A stretch of 64,000 nucleotides of DNA from Desulfosudaceae bacterium (lineage in GTDB: Bacteria > Desulfobacterota > Desulfobacteria > Desulfobacterales > Desulfosudaceae): assembly GCA_963674745.2 (NCBI GenBank), contig CAXXDV010000001.1, positions 1-64,000 of the forward strand. Direction: 5' to 3'. Below, in pieces: positions 30,116-38,813 of the stretch. The notes beneath the pieces are model-generated. The model was not told the origin of the DNA and did no database searches. It was given only the letters and a program-made list of their open reading frames with translations. The translations under genes were made by a program, and so were the position numbers. Within the stretch, counting starts at the first letter, position 1, and each line of letters begins with the position of its first letter.

Positions 30116-32521
30116 ATGAGTAGAAAAATCAAACAGGCCGCAGTCATCGGCTCGGGTGTCATGGGCGGCGGTATTGCCGCGCTGCTGGCCAGTGCCGGGG
30201 TGAAAACCCTGCTGCTGGACATCGTGCCCTTTGACCTGACCGATGAAGAGAAAAAGGACCCGGCCGCCAGAAATCGAATCGTCAAAATGGGATATGACAC
30301 CATTTTAATGTCACGCCCGGCAGCTTTGATGCATGCGGATGACGCCGCCAATATCTCCATCGGCAACATGGAGGATGACTTTGACAAGCTGGCCGACTGC
30401 GACTGGATAATCGAAGTTGTGGTGGAAAACCTTAAAATCAAGCAGGAGCTGTTCAAGCGTATCGAGCCGGTCAGAAAACCCGGCAGTATTGTCTCGTCCA
30501 ACACCTCGGGCATTCCTTTAAAAGACATGTCCCAAGGGTTGAGCCAGGAATTCAAGCAGCATTTTCTGGGTAGCCATTTCTTCAATCCGGTCCGCTACAT
30601 GCACTTGCTGGAAATCATTCCCGGTGAAGAAACAAGCCAGGAAGTGCTCTCGTTTATCGCCGAATTCGGTGAGAAAAACCTGGGCAAAGGTATTGTCTGG
30701 GCCAAGGACACGCCCAACTTTATCGGCAACCGCATCGGTGTCCAGGGCATCATCAAGGCCATGCAGCTCATGCTGGAAAAAGGCCTGACCATCCCGGAAG
30801 TCGACGCCCTGTTCGGCCCGGCCATGGGCCGCCCCAAGACGGCCATGTTCAAAACCACCGACCTGGTCGGCCTGGATACCATGAGCCACGTGGCCAAAAA
30901 CACCTACGACCTGGTAACGGATGACGAGGCCCGGGAAGACTTCAAGACCCCGGAATTCGTAGCCGGCATGATCGAAAAGAAACTGCTGGGCAAAAAAGCC
31001 GGATCCGGTTTTTACAAGACGGAAAAAAGCCCGGAAGGCAAAATCATCCGCAAGGTGATTGATCCGGCCAGCCTGGAATATGCCGAATACGGCGCCCCGG
31101 ATTTCCCCTGCCTGGCCGAAGCCAAAAAGCAGGCCGACCTGGCCGATAAAATCAAGGCCGTTCTCAACGGCGACGACAAGGGTTCAGAATATGCCTGGGC
31201 CGTAACCGCCCACGGCCTGATTTACGCCGCCAACCGGGTTCCGGAAATTTCCGACACCATCGTGGAAATCGATAACGCCATGAAGTGGGGTTATAATTTT
31301 GAAATGGGTCCCTTTGAGACCTGGGACGCCATCGGTGTTGAAGAATCCGTGGACAGAATGGAAAAAGACGGCCTGGCAGTGCCTGAAAAAGTCAAAAAGA
31401 TGCTGGCCGGCGGCAACAAGACCTTTTATAAAACCGAAAACGGCGCGGTCAGTTTTTTTGATTTCGCCAGTGAAGCCTACAAACCGATTGCCGTCAGCAA
31501 AGACGCGGTTTCCCTGCCCGTCCTCAAGGGCGCCGGCAAGGAAGTTAAAAGCTGTGCTTCGGCCTCTCTGGTAGACATCGGCGACGGGGTTTTCTGTTGT
31601 GAATTCCATACCAAGATGAACGCCTTAAACACCGAACTGATCAGCTTTATCCACGAATCCCTGGATTACGTGGACGCCAGCGGTGTGGGCCTGGTCATCG
31701 GCAACCAGGCCGGCGGCATGCCCGGTGCGTTTTCCGCGGGCGCGGACTTAAAAGAGATTACCGGGGCCGTTAAAGCAAAAGAATTTGACGGCATCGACAA
31801 AATGATCGACGCGCTGCAACAGGCCGTTCAGCGCGAGCGCTACTCCCATTTTCCGGTGGTGGCGGCCCCCTACGGCATGACCCTGGGCGGCGGCTGCGAA
31901 GTCTGCCTGGGCGCCGACCGGATCGTGGCCCATTCCGAGTTGTTCATGGGTCTGGTTGAAATCGGCGTGGGCGTGCTGCCCGCCGGTACCGGATGCATGA
32001 ACCTGTGGAAAAAAATGACCAGCGGCATTCCCGCGCCGGTCAAAGACGCGGACCTGGGCAAATTCTTTATCCCCACCTTCATGGCCATTGCCATGGCCAA
32101 GGTGTCCATGTCGGCCGCCGAAGCCCGGGCCAACGGCTTTCTGGGCCCCAAAGACCGCATTGTGTTCAACCGTGACAACCTCATCGGCGAAGCCAAAAAA
32201 GAGGTCCTGCGCATGGTTGACGACGGCTATGCCCCGCCGCCGAAAAAACCGCTCAAAGTACTGGGCGAGGCTGCCTGGGGCATGGTCAATGCTGAAATAT
32301 TCAACATGCACAACGGCGGATATGTCAGCGAATATGACGCCTACCTGGCCAAAAACATCGCTTATGTCATTGCCGGCGGCGACGCCCGGACCAACAGTGC
32401 CTTAGATGAACAGGCCATCCTGAACCTGGAACGGAAGATGTTCATCGAGTTTTTGAAACAGGAAAAAACCATGGCCAGAATCGAGCACATGCTGAAAACC
32501 GGCAAACCGCTTCGCAACTAA
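30116..32521 (+). CDS. 3-hydroxyacyl-CoA dehydrogenase / enoyl-CoA hydratase (FadN-type)
   Basis: AVIGSGVMGGGIA, EVVVENLKIK, SNTSG, HFFNP, DTPNFIGNR; crotonase motifs FSAGADL, LGGGCE; ends TGKPLRN. Confidence 0.93.
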   Translation: MSRKIKQAAVIGSGVMGGGIAALLASAGVKTLLLDIVPFDLTDEEKKDPAARNRIVKMGYDTILMSRPAALMHADDAANISIGNMEDDFDKLADCDWIIEVVVENLKIKQELFKRIEPVRKPGSIVSSNTSGIPLKDMSQGLSQEFKQHFLGSHFFNPVRYMHLLEIIPGEETSQEVLSFIAEFGEKNLGKGIVWAKDTPNFIGNRIGVQGIIKAMQLMLEKGLTIPEVDALFGPAMGRPKTAMFKTTDLVGLDTMSHVAKNTYDLVTDDEAREDFKTPEFVAGMIEKKLLGKKAGSGFYKTEKSPEGKIIRKVIDPASLEYAEYGAPDFPCLAEAKKQADLADKIKAVLNGDDKGSEYAWAVTAHGLIYAANRVPEISDTIVEIDNAMKWGYNFEMGPFETWDAIGVEESVDRMEKDGLAVPEKVKKMLAGGNKTFYKTENGAVSFFDFASEAYKPIAVSKDAVSLPVLKGAGKEVKSCASASLVDIGDGVFCCEFHTKMNALNTELISFIHESLDYVDASGVGLVIGNQAGGMPGAFSAGADLKEITGAVKAKEFDGIDKMIDALQQAVQRERYSHFPVVAAPYGMTLGGGCEVCLGADRIVAHSELFMGLVEIGVGVLPAGTGCMNLWKKMTSGIPAPVKDADLGKFFIPTFMAIAMAKVSMSAAEARANGFLGPKDRIVFNRDNLIGEAKKEVLRMVDDGYAPPPKKPLKVLGEAAWGMVNAEIFNMHNGGYVSEYDAYLAKNIAYVIAGGDARTNSALDEQAILNLERKMFIEFLKQEKTMARIEHMLKTGKPLRN

Positions 32522-32534
32522 GGAGGACAAACTC

Positions 32535-33719
32535 ATGAGAGACGCATATATCGTAACATCGGTCAGAACCCCGGGTTGTAAAAACCGGCGGGGCGCATTA
32601 AAAGACACCCGTCCCGAAGACCTGATTTCATTTATTTTGAACGCCGCCATGGAAAGAACGCCCGGCCTGGAGAAAAAGGACGTGGACGACATGATGCTGG
32701 GCTGTTCTTTTCCCGAAGCGGAACAGGGCCTGAACATCGGCCGTATCGCCGTGCAGATGGCCGGGTTTCCGGACGAGGTGTCCGGCGCCACGGTCAACCG
32801 TTTCTGTTCTTCCGGCCTGGAAGCCATCGCCCTGGCCTCTTTGCGGGTCATGTCCGGCTGGTCGGATGTCACCATCGGCGGCGGCGTTGAATCCATGACC
32901 TACGTGCCCATGGGCGGCAACCTGCCGCGCCCTCACCCGGACTGGTCCAAAGAACGGGCCGACTATTACGTATCCATGGGCATCACCGCGGAAAACGTGG
33001 CCAACCGCTACGGTATCTCCCGGGAAATGCAGGATGAATTCGCCTACAACTCCCAGATGAAGGCCTCAAAAGCCAAAGCCGAAAAACTGTACACGGAAAT
33101 CGTGCCGACCCCGGCCACCAAGTTCGTGACGCAGGCCGACGGCACGGTCACCAAAGAGACCTTTCTGCAGGATTTTGATGACGGTATCCGGGAGTCCACC
33201 ACCGTTGAAGGGCTGGCCAAACTGCGGCCGGTATTTGCCGCCGGCGGTTCCGTGACCGCCGGTAACTCTTCCCAGACCACGGACGGCGCAGCCACCGCCA
33301 TTATCATGAGCGAGAATAAAGTCAAGGAACTGGGCCTCAAACCCATCGCCAAGCTCAAGCTGTACACCACGGTTGGCTGCCGGTCCGACGAAATGGGCGT
33401 GGGCCCGCGTTATGCCATTCCCAAGCTGCTGGACAAGGCCGGCCTGACCGTTGACGATATCGGCCTGTGGGAAATCAACGAGGCCTTTGCCTCCCAGGCG
33501 ATTTATTCTATCCGGGAAGTCGGTCTGGAAAAATACATGGACCGCATCAATATCCACGGCGGCGCCATTGCCCTGGGCCACCCCCTGGGCTGCACCGGCG
33601 CCAAGCTCTGCGCCACCCTGCTGGCCAACATGCAGGCCAAGGGCGTCAAATACGGCGTGGAATCCATGTGCATCGGCGGTGGTATGGGCGCGGCCGGACT
33701 GTTCGAGCTGTGTGACTAA
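32535..33719 (+). CDS. fadA: Acetyl-CoA C-acyltransferase (degradative thiolase)
   Basis: NRFCSSG, EINEAFA, GHPLGCTG, MCIGGGMG. Confidence 0.92.
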   Translation: MRDAYIVTSVRTPGCKNRRGALKDTRPEDLISFILNAAMERTPGLEKKDVDDMMLGCSFPEAEQGLNIGRIAVQMAGFPDEVSGATVNRFCSSGLEAIALASLRVMSGWSDVTIGGGVESMTYVPMGGNLPRPHPDWSKERADYYVSMGITAENVANRYGISREMQDEFAYNSQMKASKAKAEKLYTEIVPTPATKFVTQADGTVTKETFLQDFDDGIRESTTVEGLAKLRPVFAAGGSVTAGNSSQTTDGAATAIIMSENKVKELGLKPIAKLKLYTTVGCRSDEMGVGPRYAIPKLLDKAGLTVDDIGLWEINEAFASQAIYSIREVGLEKYMDRINIHGGAIALGHPLGCTGAKLCATLLANMQAKGVKYGVESMCIGGGMGAAGLFELCD

Positions 33720-33750
33720 CCATTAACCGTTGATCAGCAACACAACGTAT

Positions 33751-33794
33751 AAATGCCGGATCAGTCCTTAAAACCGGAACTGGTCCGGCATTTT
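33751..33794 (+). terminator. Intrinsic terminator after the thiolase
   Basis: AAATGCCGGAtCAGT..ACTGgTCCGGCATTTT. Confidence 0.7.
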
Positions 33795-33822
33795 AATTAT
33801 TACCGTCATATTTTCAGACAAT

Positions 33823-34431
33823 ATGAACGAATACCAGACAGAACAAAATCAAGCACTGACCATGATCCGCCGTCATCTTGAGGCTATGGATAAGGTCCGT
33901 ATCAAGGCACTTAAAGATGAGATTGCGGCATACGTGGTTTTCCGGGAGCAGGTGGCTGAATTTCTCAATCAGCATTTTGCCGCCGTATGCACCGAAAAAT
34001 GCTACCAGAGCCGACTCTCGGCGTGTTGTTCCAGGGACGGCATCATCACTTTTTTTGCCGACATGGTGATCAACGCGCTTAACAGTACCCGGGACGATCT
34101 GGACCGCCTGGAGCAGGCCATTAAAAATCCGGCCGACCCAGCCAAATGCATCTACCTTTCTCAAAACGGATGTGCATGGAACATCAAACCCGCTGTGTGT
34201 GAATTTTTCCTCTGCGACGAGGCGGAACAAAAAGCCTTTGGCCATAATGCCGGGGCCCGGCACCAATGGGATGCATTCAAGGACCGCAAAAAGACCTTCA
34301 CCTGGCCGGATCAACCGGTCATCTTTGAAACCCTGGAACGACACTTCATCGACCTGGGTTGTGACTCACCGTTGATGTACATGCATAAAAGTCCGGGGCT
34401 GGTCAGGATCAGGCATCAGCGGGACAAATGA
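33823..34431 (+). CDS. Cysteine-cluster hypothetical protein (YkgJ/CxxxCxxCC-like)
   Basis: CTEKC..SACC..KCIYL..GC..KPAVCEFFLC. Confidence 0.6.
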   Translation: MNEYQTEQNQALTMIRRHLEAMDKVRIKALKDEIAAYVVFREQVAEFLNQHFAAVCTEKCYQSRLSACCSRDGIITFFADMVINALNSTRDDLDRLEQAIKNPADPAKCIYLSQNGCAWNIKPAVCEFFLCDEAEQKAFGHNAGARHQWDAFKDRKKTFTWPDQPVIFETLERHFIDLGCDSPLMYMHKSPGLVRIRHQRDK

Positions 34432-34441
34432 CTTTATACCA

Positions 34442-34469
34442 TTGACATACGAGACCGGTTTGTTATAAT
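34442..34469 (+). promoter_or_regulatory. Consensus sigma70 promoter with extended -10
   Basis: TTGACA-N16-TATAAT, preceded by TGn. Confidence 0.7.
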
Positions 34470-34573
34470 TTTAATAATAAAACCGAATTCTTACCCTTAT
34501 CCTGGCGCTCAAGAAAACAACAAGGGCCATAAACCAACAATTTATGATCATTACTCAATTATAAGCAGAAAAT

Positions 34574-34777
34574 ATGAAGCTGGATAAGACAAAAGCAGGT
34601 TTTAAGAAAATGAGCGCTATCGAAAACGATGATTTTGTTCCCGGCTCCATGAAGGAACGGATTGATATGGTGTGGGATATAACGGTAGCCCTGTGGTCTT
34701 TAAGCTCCAAAGGGAAAATTCATGCTCAATCAAGACTACAAAGAGATGTTACAGTGCTTACTCGAGGAACAGGCTGA
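34574..34777 (+). CDS. Small hypothetical protein, partner of the nucleotidyltransferase
   Basis: 67 aa; overlaps the downstream gene by 56 nt; lies directly after a consensus promoter. Confidence 0.55.
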   Translation: MKLDKTKAGFKKMSAIENDDFVPGSMKERIDMVWDITVALWSLSSKGKIHAQSRLQRDVTVLTRGTG

Positions 34778-35177
34778 GTTTCTCGTGGTTGGCGCTTACG
34801 CTCTTGCGGCGCACGGGTTTCCCAGAAGCACGGCGGATTTTGATATATGGGTAAACCCTTCCGGCGAAAATGCAGAAAAAGTGTTTCGGGCGTTGTCCAG
34901 ATTCGGTGCGCCCCTTGCTGGTGTATCTCCAGCTGACTTTACTCAAAAAGGGACCGTTTTTCAAATCGGCGTGGCACCATGCCGGATTGATATTCTTACA
35001 TTGATTACCGGCAATTTTGATTTCCCGGGCGCAAGAGCAAAGGCCGTGGAGATTGAGTTGGGCGGCGTGAGCATGCCGGTCCTCAGCATTGATGATCTTA
35101 TCGAGAACAAGCTGGCCGCAGGCAGGCCAAAAGACATTGAAGACGCGGAAAAACTGAAAAAAAACCGGCCCAGCTAG
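34722..35177 (+). CDS. Minimal Pol-beta-superfamily nucleotidyltransferase
   Basis: FLVVGAYALAAHGFPRSTADFDIWV (G[A/S]..DxD), RIDIL third Asp, NKLAAGRPKDIED. Confidence 0.8.
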   Translation: MLNQDYKEMLQCLLEEQAEFLVVGAYALAAHGFPRSTADFDIWVNPSGENAEKVFRALSRFGAPLAGVSPADFTQKGTVFQIGVAPCRIDILTLITGNFDFPGARAKAVEIELGGVSMPVLSIDDLIENKLAAGRPKDIEDAEKLKKNRPS

Positions 35178-35202
35178 CAAGACCAGACCTTCACAAGGGA
35201 TA

Positions 35203-35920
35203 TCATTCCTTTTCCTTTATCTCCTGCTCCCGCTGCTTGTGCAGCGGGTTGGCGCAATCGACGGTATCCGGATCCACCAGCCAGCGGAACTCGCCCCGGT
35301 CCCGGGCCGCATCCAGGGCCTTGCGGTAACGGGCGTAATTGGCCGGCGCCATGTTGACCAGCGGCGTCCAGTCGGCCTCGATGGCACATGCGGGGCAGAT
35401 AGAGGCGCAGTGAAAACAGAATATGCAGGGATCCTGTATCCGGGGCGGATTTACTTCAATATCAATACCGTCCACCGGGCAGGCATCCCGGCATTCCCCG
35501 CACTGAACGCAGGTATCCATGTTGATGGACAGTTTTGGCATCACTTTAGACAAGAGTTCGAAGCTCAACTTTTCGGCTTCTTCCCGGGCCCAGTCCTCGG
35601 GCGCTGGTTCCGGCTGATTGATGCATTGTCTGTCGCCGATTGACGCTTTTTTACTGCACCGGCTGACAATCCGGCCGAAATCCCGGGCTTCGCTGAGGTC
35701 GCGGTCGTCCGGATGGCCCGACGTCAGGGTATGCTTGGGATAAAAGGGAACGGTGATATCGGCGTAAGTGTGATGCGATCCAATCACCAGCGCCCCTTTC
35801 TTTTCAAGCCGTTCGGCCATGGAAAACAGGGGCAGCCGTTTCCAGAACCCCCTCACGGATTTTTTCCGCCACCTTTAGGGTGTTGCCGGTCTGTGAAAAA
35901 CAAATGATAACCGCTTTCAT
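35203..35920 (-). pseudogene. Internally deleted, frameshifted EFR1-type flavodoxin + 2x[4Fe-4S] ferredoxin gene
   Basis: ATG 35920 (RBS AAGGGGGG) reads MKAVIICFSQTGNTLKVAEKIREG (flavodoxin FMN loop) and stops after 38 codons; another frame carries SGHPDDRDL, CVQCGECRDACP and CIFCFHCASICP. Confidence 0.75.
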
Positions 35921-35983
35921 GACACCCCCCTTTTCATCATTCCCCCCCTGTCTTTGATCAGATATGAACAACTACTGTATTTA

Positions 35984-36652
35984 TCATTTATTTAAAGCGT
36001 TTTCCAGGACCGGAAGGAAGATGAAAAGCAGCGTCTCTCTGACCCATTGCAGGTAAGCCTCATTTCGTTCGGGGAAACCCATGATGGCCGCCTCAATGGA
36101 GCCTGCCCCTAAAAAGTTAATGGTAAGCGCATTCAGACAGGTCAGAAAGCGGCCGGCATCACCAATTGCGAACAGTTTTGGAAAGGTATTTTCAAAATCC
36201 TGCTGGGTGTCGGTCAGGAGTCTGACCAGATGCTGGTATCCCGGCAACGTGGTGGGATCATCATGGGACATGTTGTTGACGATAATGCGGAAGACCTCAT
36301 GATGTTTTTGAGAAAACTCGATAAACCGGTCCAGGTAGGTTGACAGGGCTTTATCCGGGGAATAGTTTGATATTTCCCGTAACCATTCTTTATTGTCGTT
36401 GTAAAGCGTACGGCAGGCGTCTTCCATCACGGCTTCAAATATCCTTGCCTTGTTGGGAAAATGATACCGGATAAGCCCGTGGTAAAACTCACCCTTGTTG
36501 GCGATCATACGGATACTGGCGGCATTGTATGGATGAGCGGCAAAAACCTGCCTGGCGGCCGCCAGAATCATCTGCCGGGTGTCATCTCCTCTTTTCCCGG
36601 GCAGGCCGTTCCCGGCCTTTGTTTTACGATTGGTTTTCTCTTCTTTTTTCAT
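35984..36652 (-). CDS. TetR family regulator
   Basis: TRQMILAAARQVFA..ASIRMIA..LIRYHFPNKARIF HTH. Confidence 0.88.
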   Translation of the reverse strand: MKKEEKTNRKTKAGNGLPGKRGDDTRQMILAAARQVFAAHPYNAASIRMIANKGEFYHGLIRYHFPNKARIFEAVMEDACRTLYNDNKEWLREISNYSPDKALSTYLDRFIEFSQKHHEVFRIIVNNMSHDDPTTLPGYQHLVRLLTDTQQDFENTFPKLFAIGDAGRFLTCLNALTINFLGAGSIEAAIMGFPERNEAYLQWVRETLLFIFLPVLENALNK

Positions 36653-36690
36653 TTTATAACAAATACTTGACTAAGTCATAGCTCAGCCAC

Positions 36691-36760
36691 TTAGACGACC
36701 GTGTAATTTTTCCTTGACTTTACCGGCTGATTATCTCATTCTATTTACACGATCGTGTAA
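36691..36760. promoter_or_regulatory. Two copies of a 16-bp palindromic operator
   Basis: Perfect TTACACGATCGTGTAA (36745-36760) and 14/16 copy TTAGACGACCGTGTAA (36691-36706), flanking TTGACT at 36714. Confidence 0.75.
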
Positions 36761-36791
36761 TGTCAACCCCTATTATTTGAAGGAGAGCACC

Positions 36792-37625
36792 ATGAATCTG
36801 ACCAATTATCAAAAACTGGGACAGGAATTATACGACAAACTTCACCTGCCGACGTATCCGGTAGCCATTACCTATATTAAAAGCGAGGATGAAATTCCGA
36901 CCGAAGCCATGCGGCCGTCGGCCATGGGCCAGAAAATGTGTATCTGCCAGACCTTCACCTATGCCCGCTCCTGGGGCGCTCATGTGGCCATAACGGCCGA
37001 GGACAATTTTTGCGTACCCGGATCGGCCGGGCATAAATGGGTGGATGTCACGGACGAGGAGTTTGTTGAAAGCCAGGTCACCCAGGGCTGGCACAAGAAC
37101 CGGGAGGCGGAGACCAACCGCATCAACGGCTATAACCTGATTTTCAGCGGTTCTGACGGCGAGGCCAGACTGGCCAAAGCCAGAGAGCGGATCGGCCTGG
37201 TCGCCTCACCCCTGCACCAGGCCCTGCTGGAACCGGACACCGTCCTGGTGTTCGGCAACGGGGTTCATATCACCCATATCATTCAGGCCCTCTGTTATGA
37301 TTACCAGGCGCCGATCATGTCCGTTTTTGAAGGGTTCGGCGAATCCTGCATAATGGGCGGCATGCTGCCGTTTCTGACCGGCCAGCCCCAGATCGTCATC
37401 CCCGGCATGGGTGACCGGGCCTTTGCCGGCATTGCCGCGGATGAAATCGGCATCGGCATACCCGCGGCGAAGTTCCCAACGGTTTTAGAAGACCTGTTCA
37501 AAACCGGCGGGCCCATGAACATGGGCATGCCGTTTAAAACCATGATGCCGACCAACCTGACCGAAAACATCACACCCGGTTTTGCTTACCTGCAAAAAAT
37601 TGTTGATGAGAAAAAAAAGAAATAA
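36792..37625 (+). CDS. DUF169 family protein
   Basis: LHLPTYPVAI, CICQ..ARSWG, FCVPG, PDTVLVFG, ESC, PGMGDRAFAG..DE; AAGGAG RBS. Confidence 0.75.
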   Translation: MNLTNYQKLGQELYDKLHLPTYPVAITYIKSEDEIPTEAMRPSAMGQKMCICQTFTYARSWGAHVAITAEDNFCVPGSAGHKWVDVTDEEFVESQVTQGWHKNREAETNRINGYNLIFSGSDGEARLAKARERIGLVASPLHQALLEPDTVLVFGNGVHITHIIQALCYDYQAPIMSVFEGFGESCIMGGMLPFLTGQPQIVIPGMGDRAFAGIAADEIGIGIPAAKFPTVLEDLFKTGGPMNMGMPFKTMMPTNLTENITPGFAYLQKIVDEKKKK

Positions 37626-37631
37626 ATAGAA

Positions 37632-37657
37632 GGGCTCCCACAGGGGGGTGCCCCTAC
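37632..37657. repeat. GTAG-type REP half unit
   Basis: GGGCTCCCACAGGGGGGTGCCCCTAC, matching the right half of 22314-22373. Confidence 0.8.
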
Positions 37658-37729
37658 GTGAATCCACGACGCGCATGATATTTTTTTTGCGACAGGAAAT
37701 AAATCACTAAATAAAATATGAGGTGAAAA

Positions 37730-38776
37730 ATGGAAAATTTTGCCCAATTTGCCATAGACAACCTGAAATTTTTTGGCGCATCCGAAGTGGGTGTTGTCAC
37801 CACCGAAACCATGGCCGGCGGACCACCTTCAGCCGACCTGACCTATCTCTGGCCCGACGCCAAATCAGCAATCGTTTTTACCGTACCGCTCAATCAGGAC
37901 CTGATCCCCGGTTTTTTAAAAAAAGAAGACCAGATCTCCCATGAGAAAGACAGTTTTCAAACCAACGTGATCGCGGGCGGCCTTTCCCTGTGGGCGGCCA
38001 ACTGGGCCAGGCAGCGGGGCTTTGAGGCCATGCCCTATGTACCCAACGACAGCTACCGGGCAGACACGCCCATGGGCGTACTGGACATGCAGCCGGAGAT
38101 TTCTTTGCGTTACCTGGCGGTGCGCGCGGGACTGGGCTGGTTCGGTTTTTCCGGCAACCTGATCACGCCCGATCATGGCGCGGCCGTAATCATCGGCTGC
38201 GTCCTGACCAGCGCGGAACTGGAGCCCACCGACCCGCTGCCGCCTGAAGACAATTATTGCGACAACTGCAAGCTCTGCATGGCCGCCTGCTCCTCGGGCC
38301 TGATGGATCCCGAGGAAAAGACAACCATTACCCTTGGCGGGGTTACCTTCGAGTATCCCAAACGGCGTTCCTATATGCGGTGCAATTACGTGTGCGGCGG
38401 TGTTTCCGGCCTGCATCCCTCAGGCAAATGGTCCACCTGGTCGCCCGGCCGGTTCCCGCTGCCGGAAGATGATCAGGGCTTTGCCGACGCCATGGTAAAA
38501 AATATCGGCGCCATGATCAACCGTCCGGATTCAGGCGGCGGATACGCCCACAGCCTGATCCCGGGTGGAAAAATACACCAGACCTGCGGTAATTGTCAGA
38601 TCATCTGCCACCCGGATAAAAACGTCCGCAAAGAACGGTTTGAAATGTTAAAAGCGGGTGGTGTGGTCGTGCAGCATGAGGACGGCCGCCTGGAAGCCAT
38701 GTCTCCGGAAGCGGCTGAAAAATTTACCGCTGATATGCCGGCAGACAGGAAAAAACTGTATTGCGAGGTTGTTTAA
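37730..38776 (+). CDS. QueG/reductive-dehalogenase-fold 2x[4Fe-4S] protein (putative cobamide-dependent reductase) 1
   Basis: AKSAIVF, SLRYLAVRAGLGWFGFSGNLITPDHG, VLTSAELEP, CDNCKLCMAAC, C..CGNCQIICHP; no TAT peptide. Confidence 0.78.
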   Translation: MENFAQFAIDNLKFFGASEVGVVTTETMAGGPPSADLTYLWPDAKSAIVFTVPLNQDLIPGFLKKEDQISHEKDSFQTNVIAGGLSLWAANWARQRGFEAMPYVPNDSYRADTPMGVLDMQPEISLRYLAVRAGLGWFGFSGNLITPDHGAAVIIGCVLTSAELEPTDPLPPEDNYCDNCKLCMAACSSGLMDPEEKTTITLGGVTFEYPKRRSYMRCNYVCGGVSGLHPSGKWSTWSPGRFPLPEDDQGFADAMVKNIGAMINRPDSGGGYAHSLIPGGKIHQTCGNCQIICHPDKNVRKERFEMLKAGGVVVQHEDGRLEAMSPEAAEKFTADMPADRKKLYCEVV

Positions 38777-38813
38777 CAGAAAACATTGCGTCCTGAACAC
38801 AGGAGAAAACAAC

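Noticed and set aside
36653..37729. Cobalamin riboswitch ahead of the putative B12 enzymes
   Set aside because: Intergenic gaps are short and hold operators or a REP; no B12-box seen.
38658..38813. Longer upstream starts given by the ORF track (also 1730, 36714, 46395, 56212, 60885)
   Set aside because: They overlap neighbouring genes or operators; downstream ATGs match family N-termini and mostly have clear RBSs.
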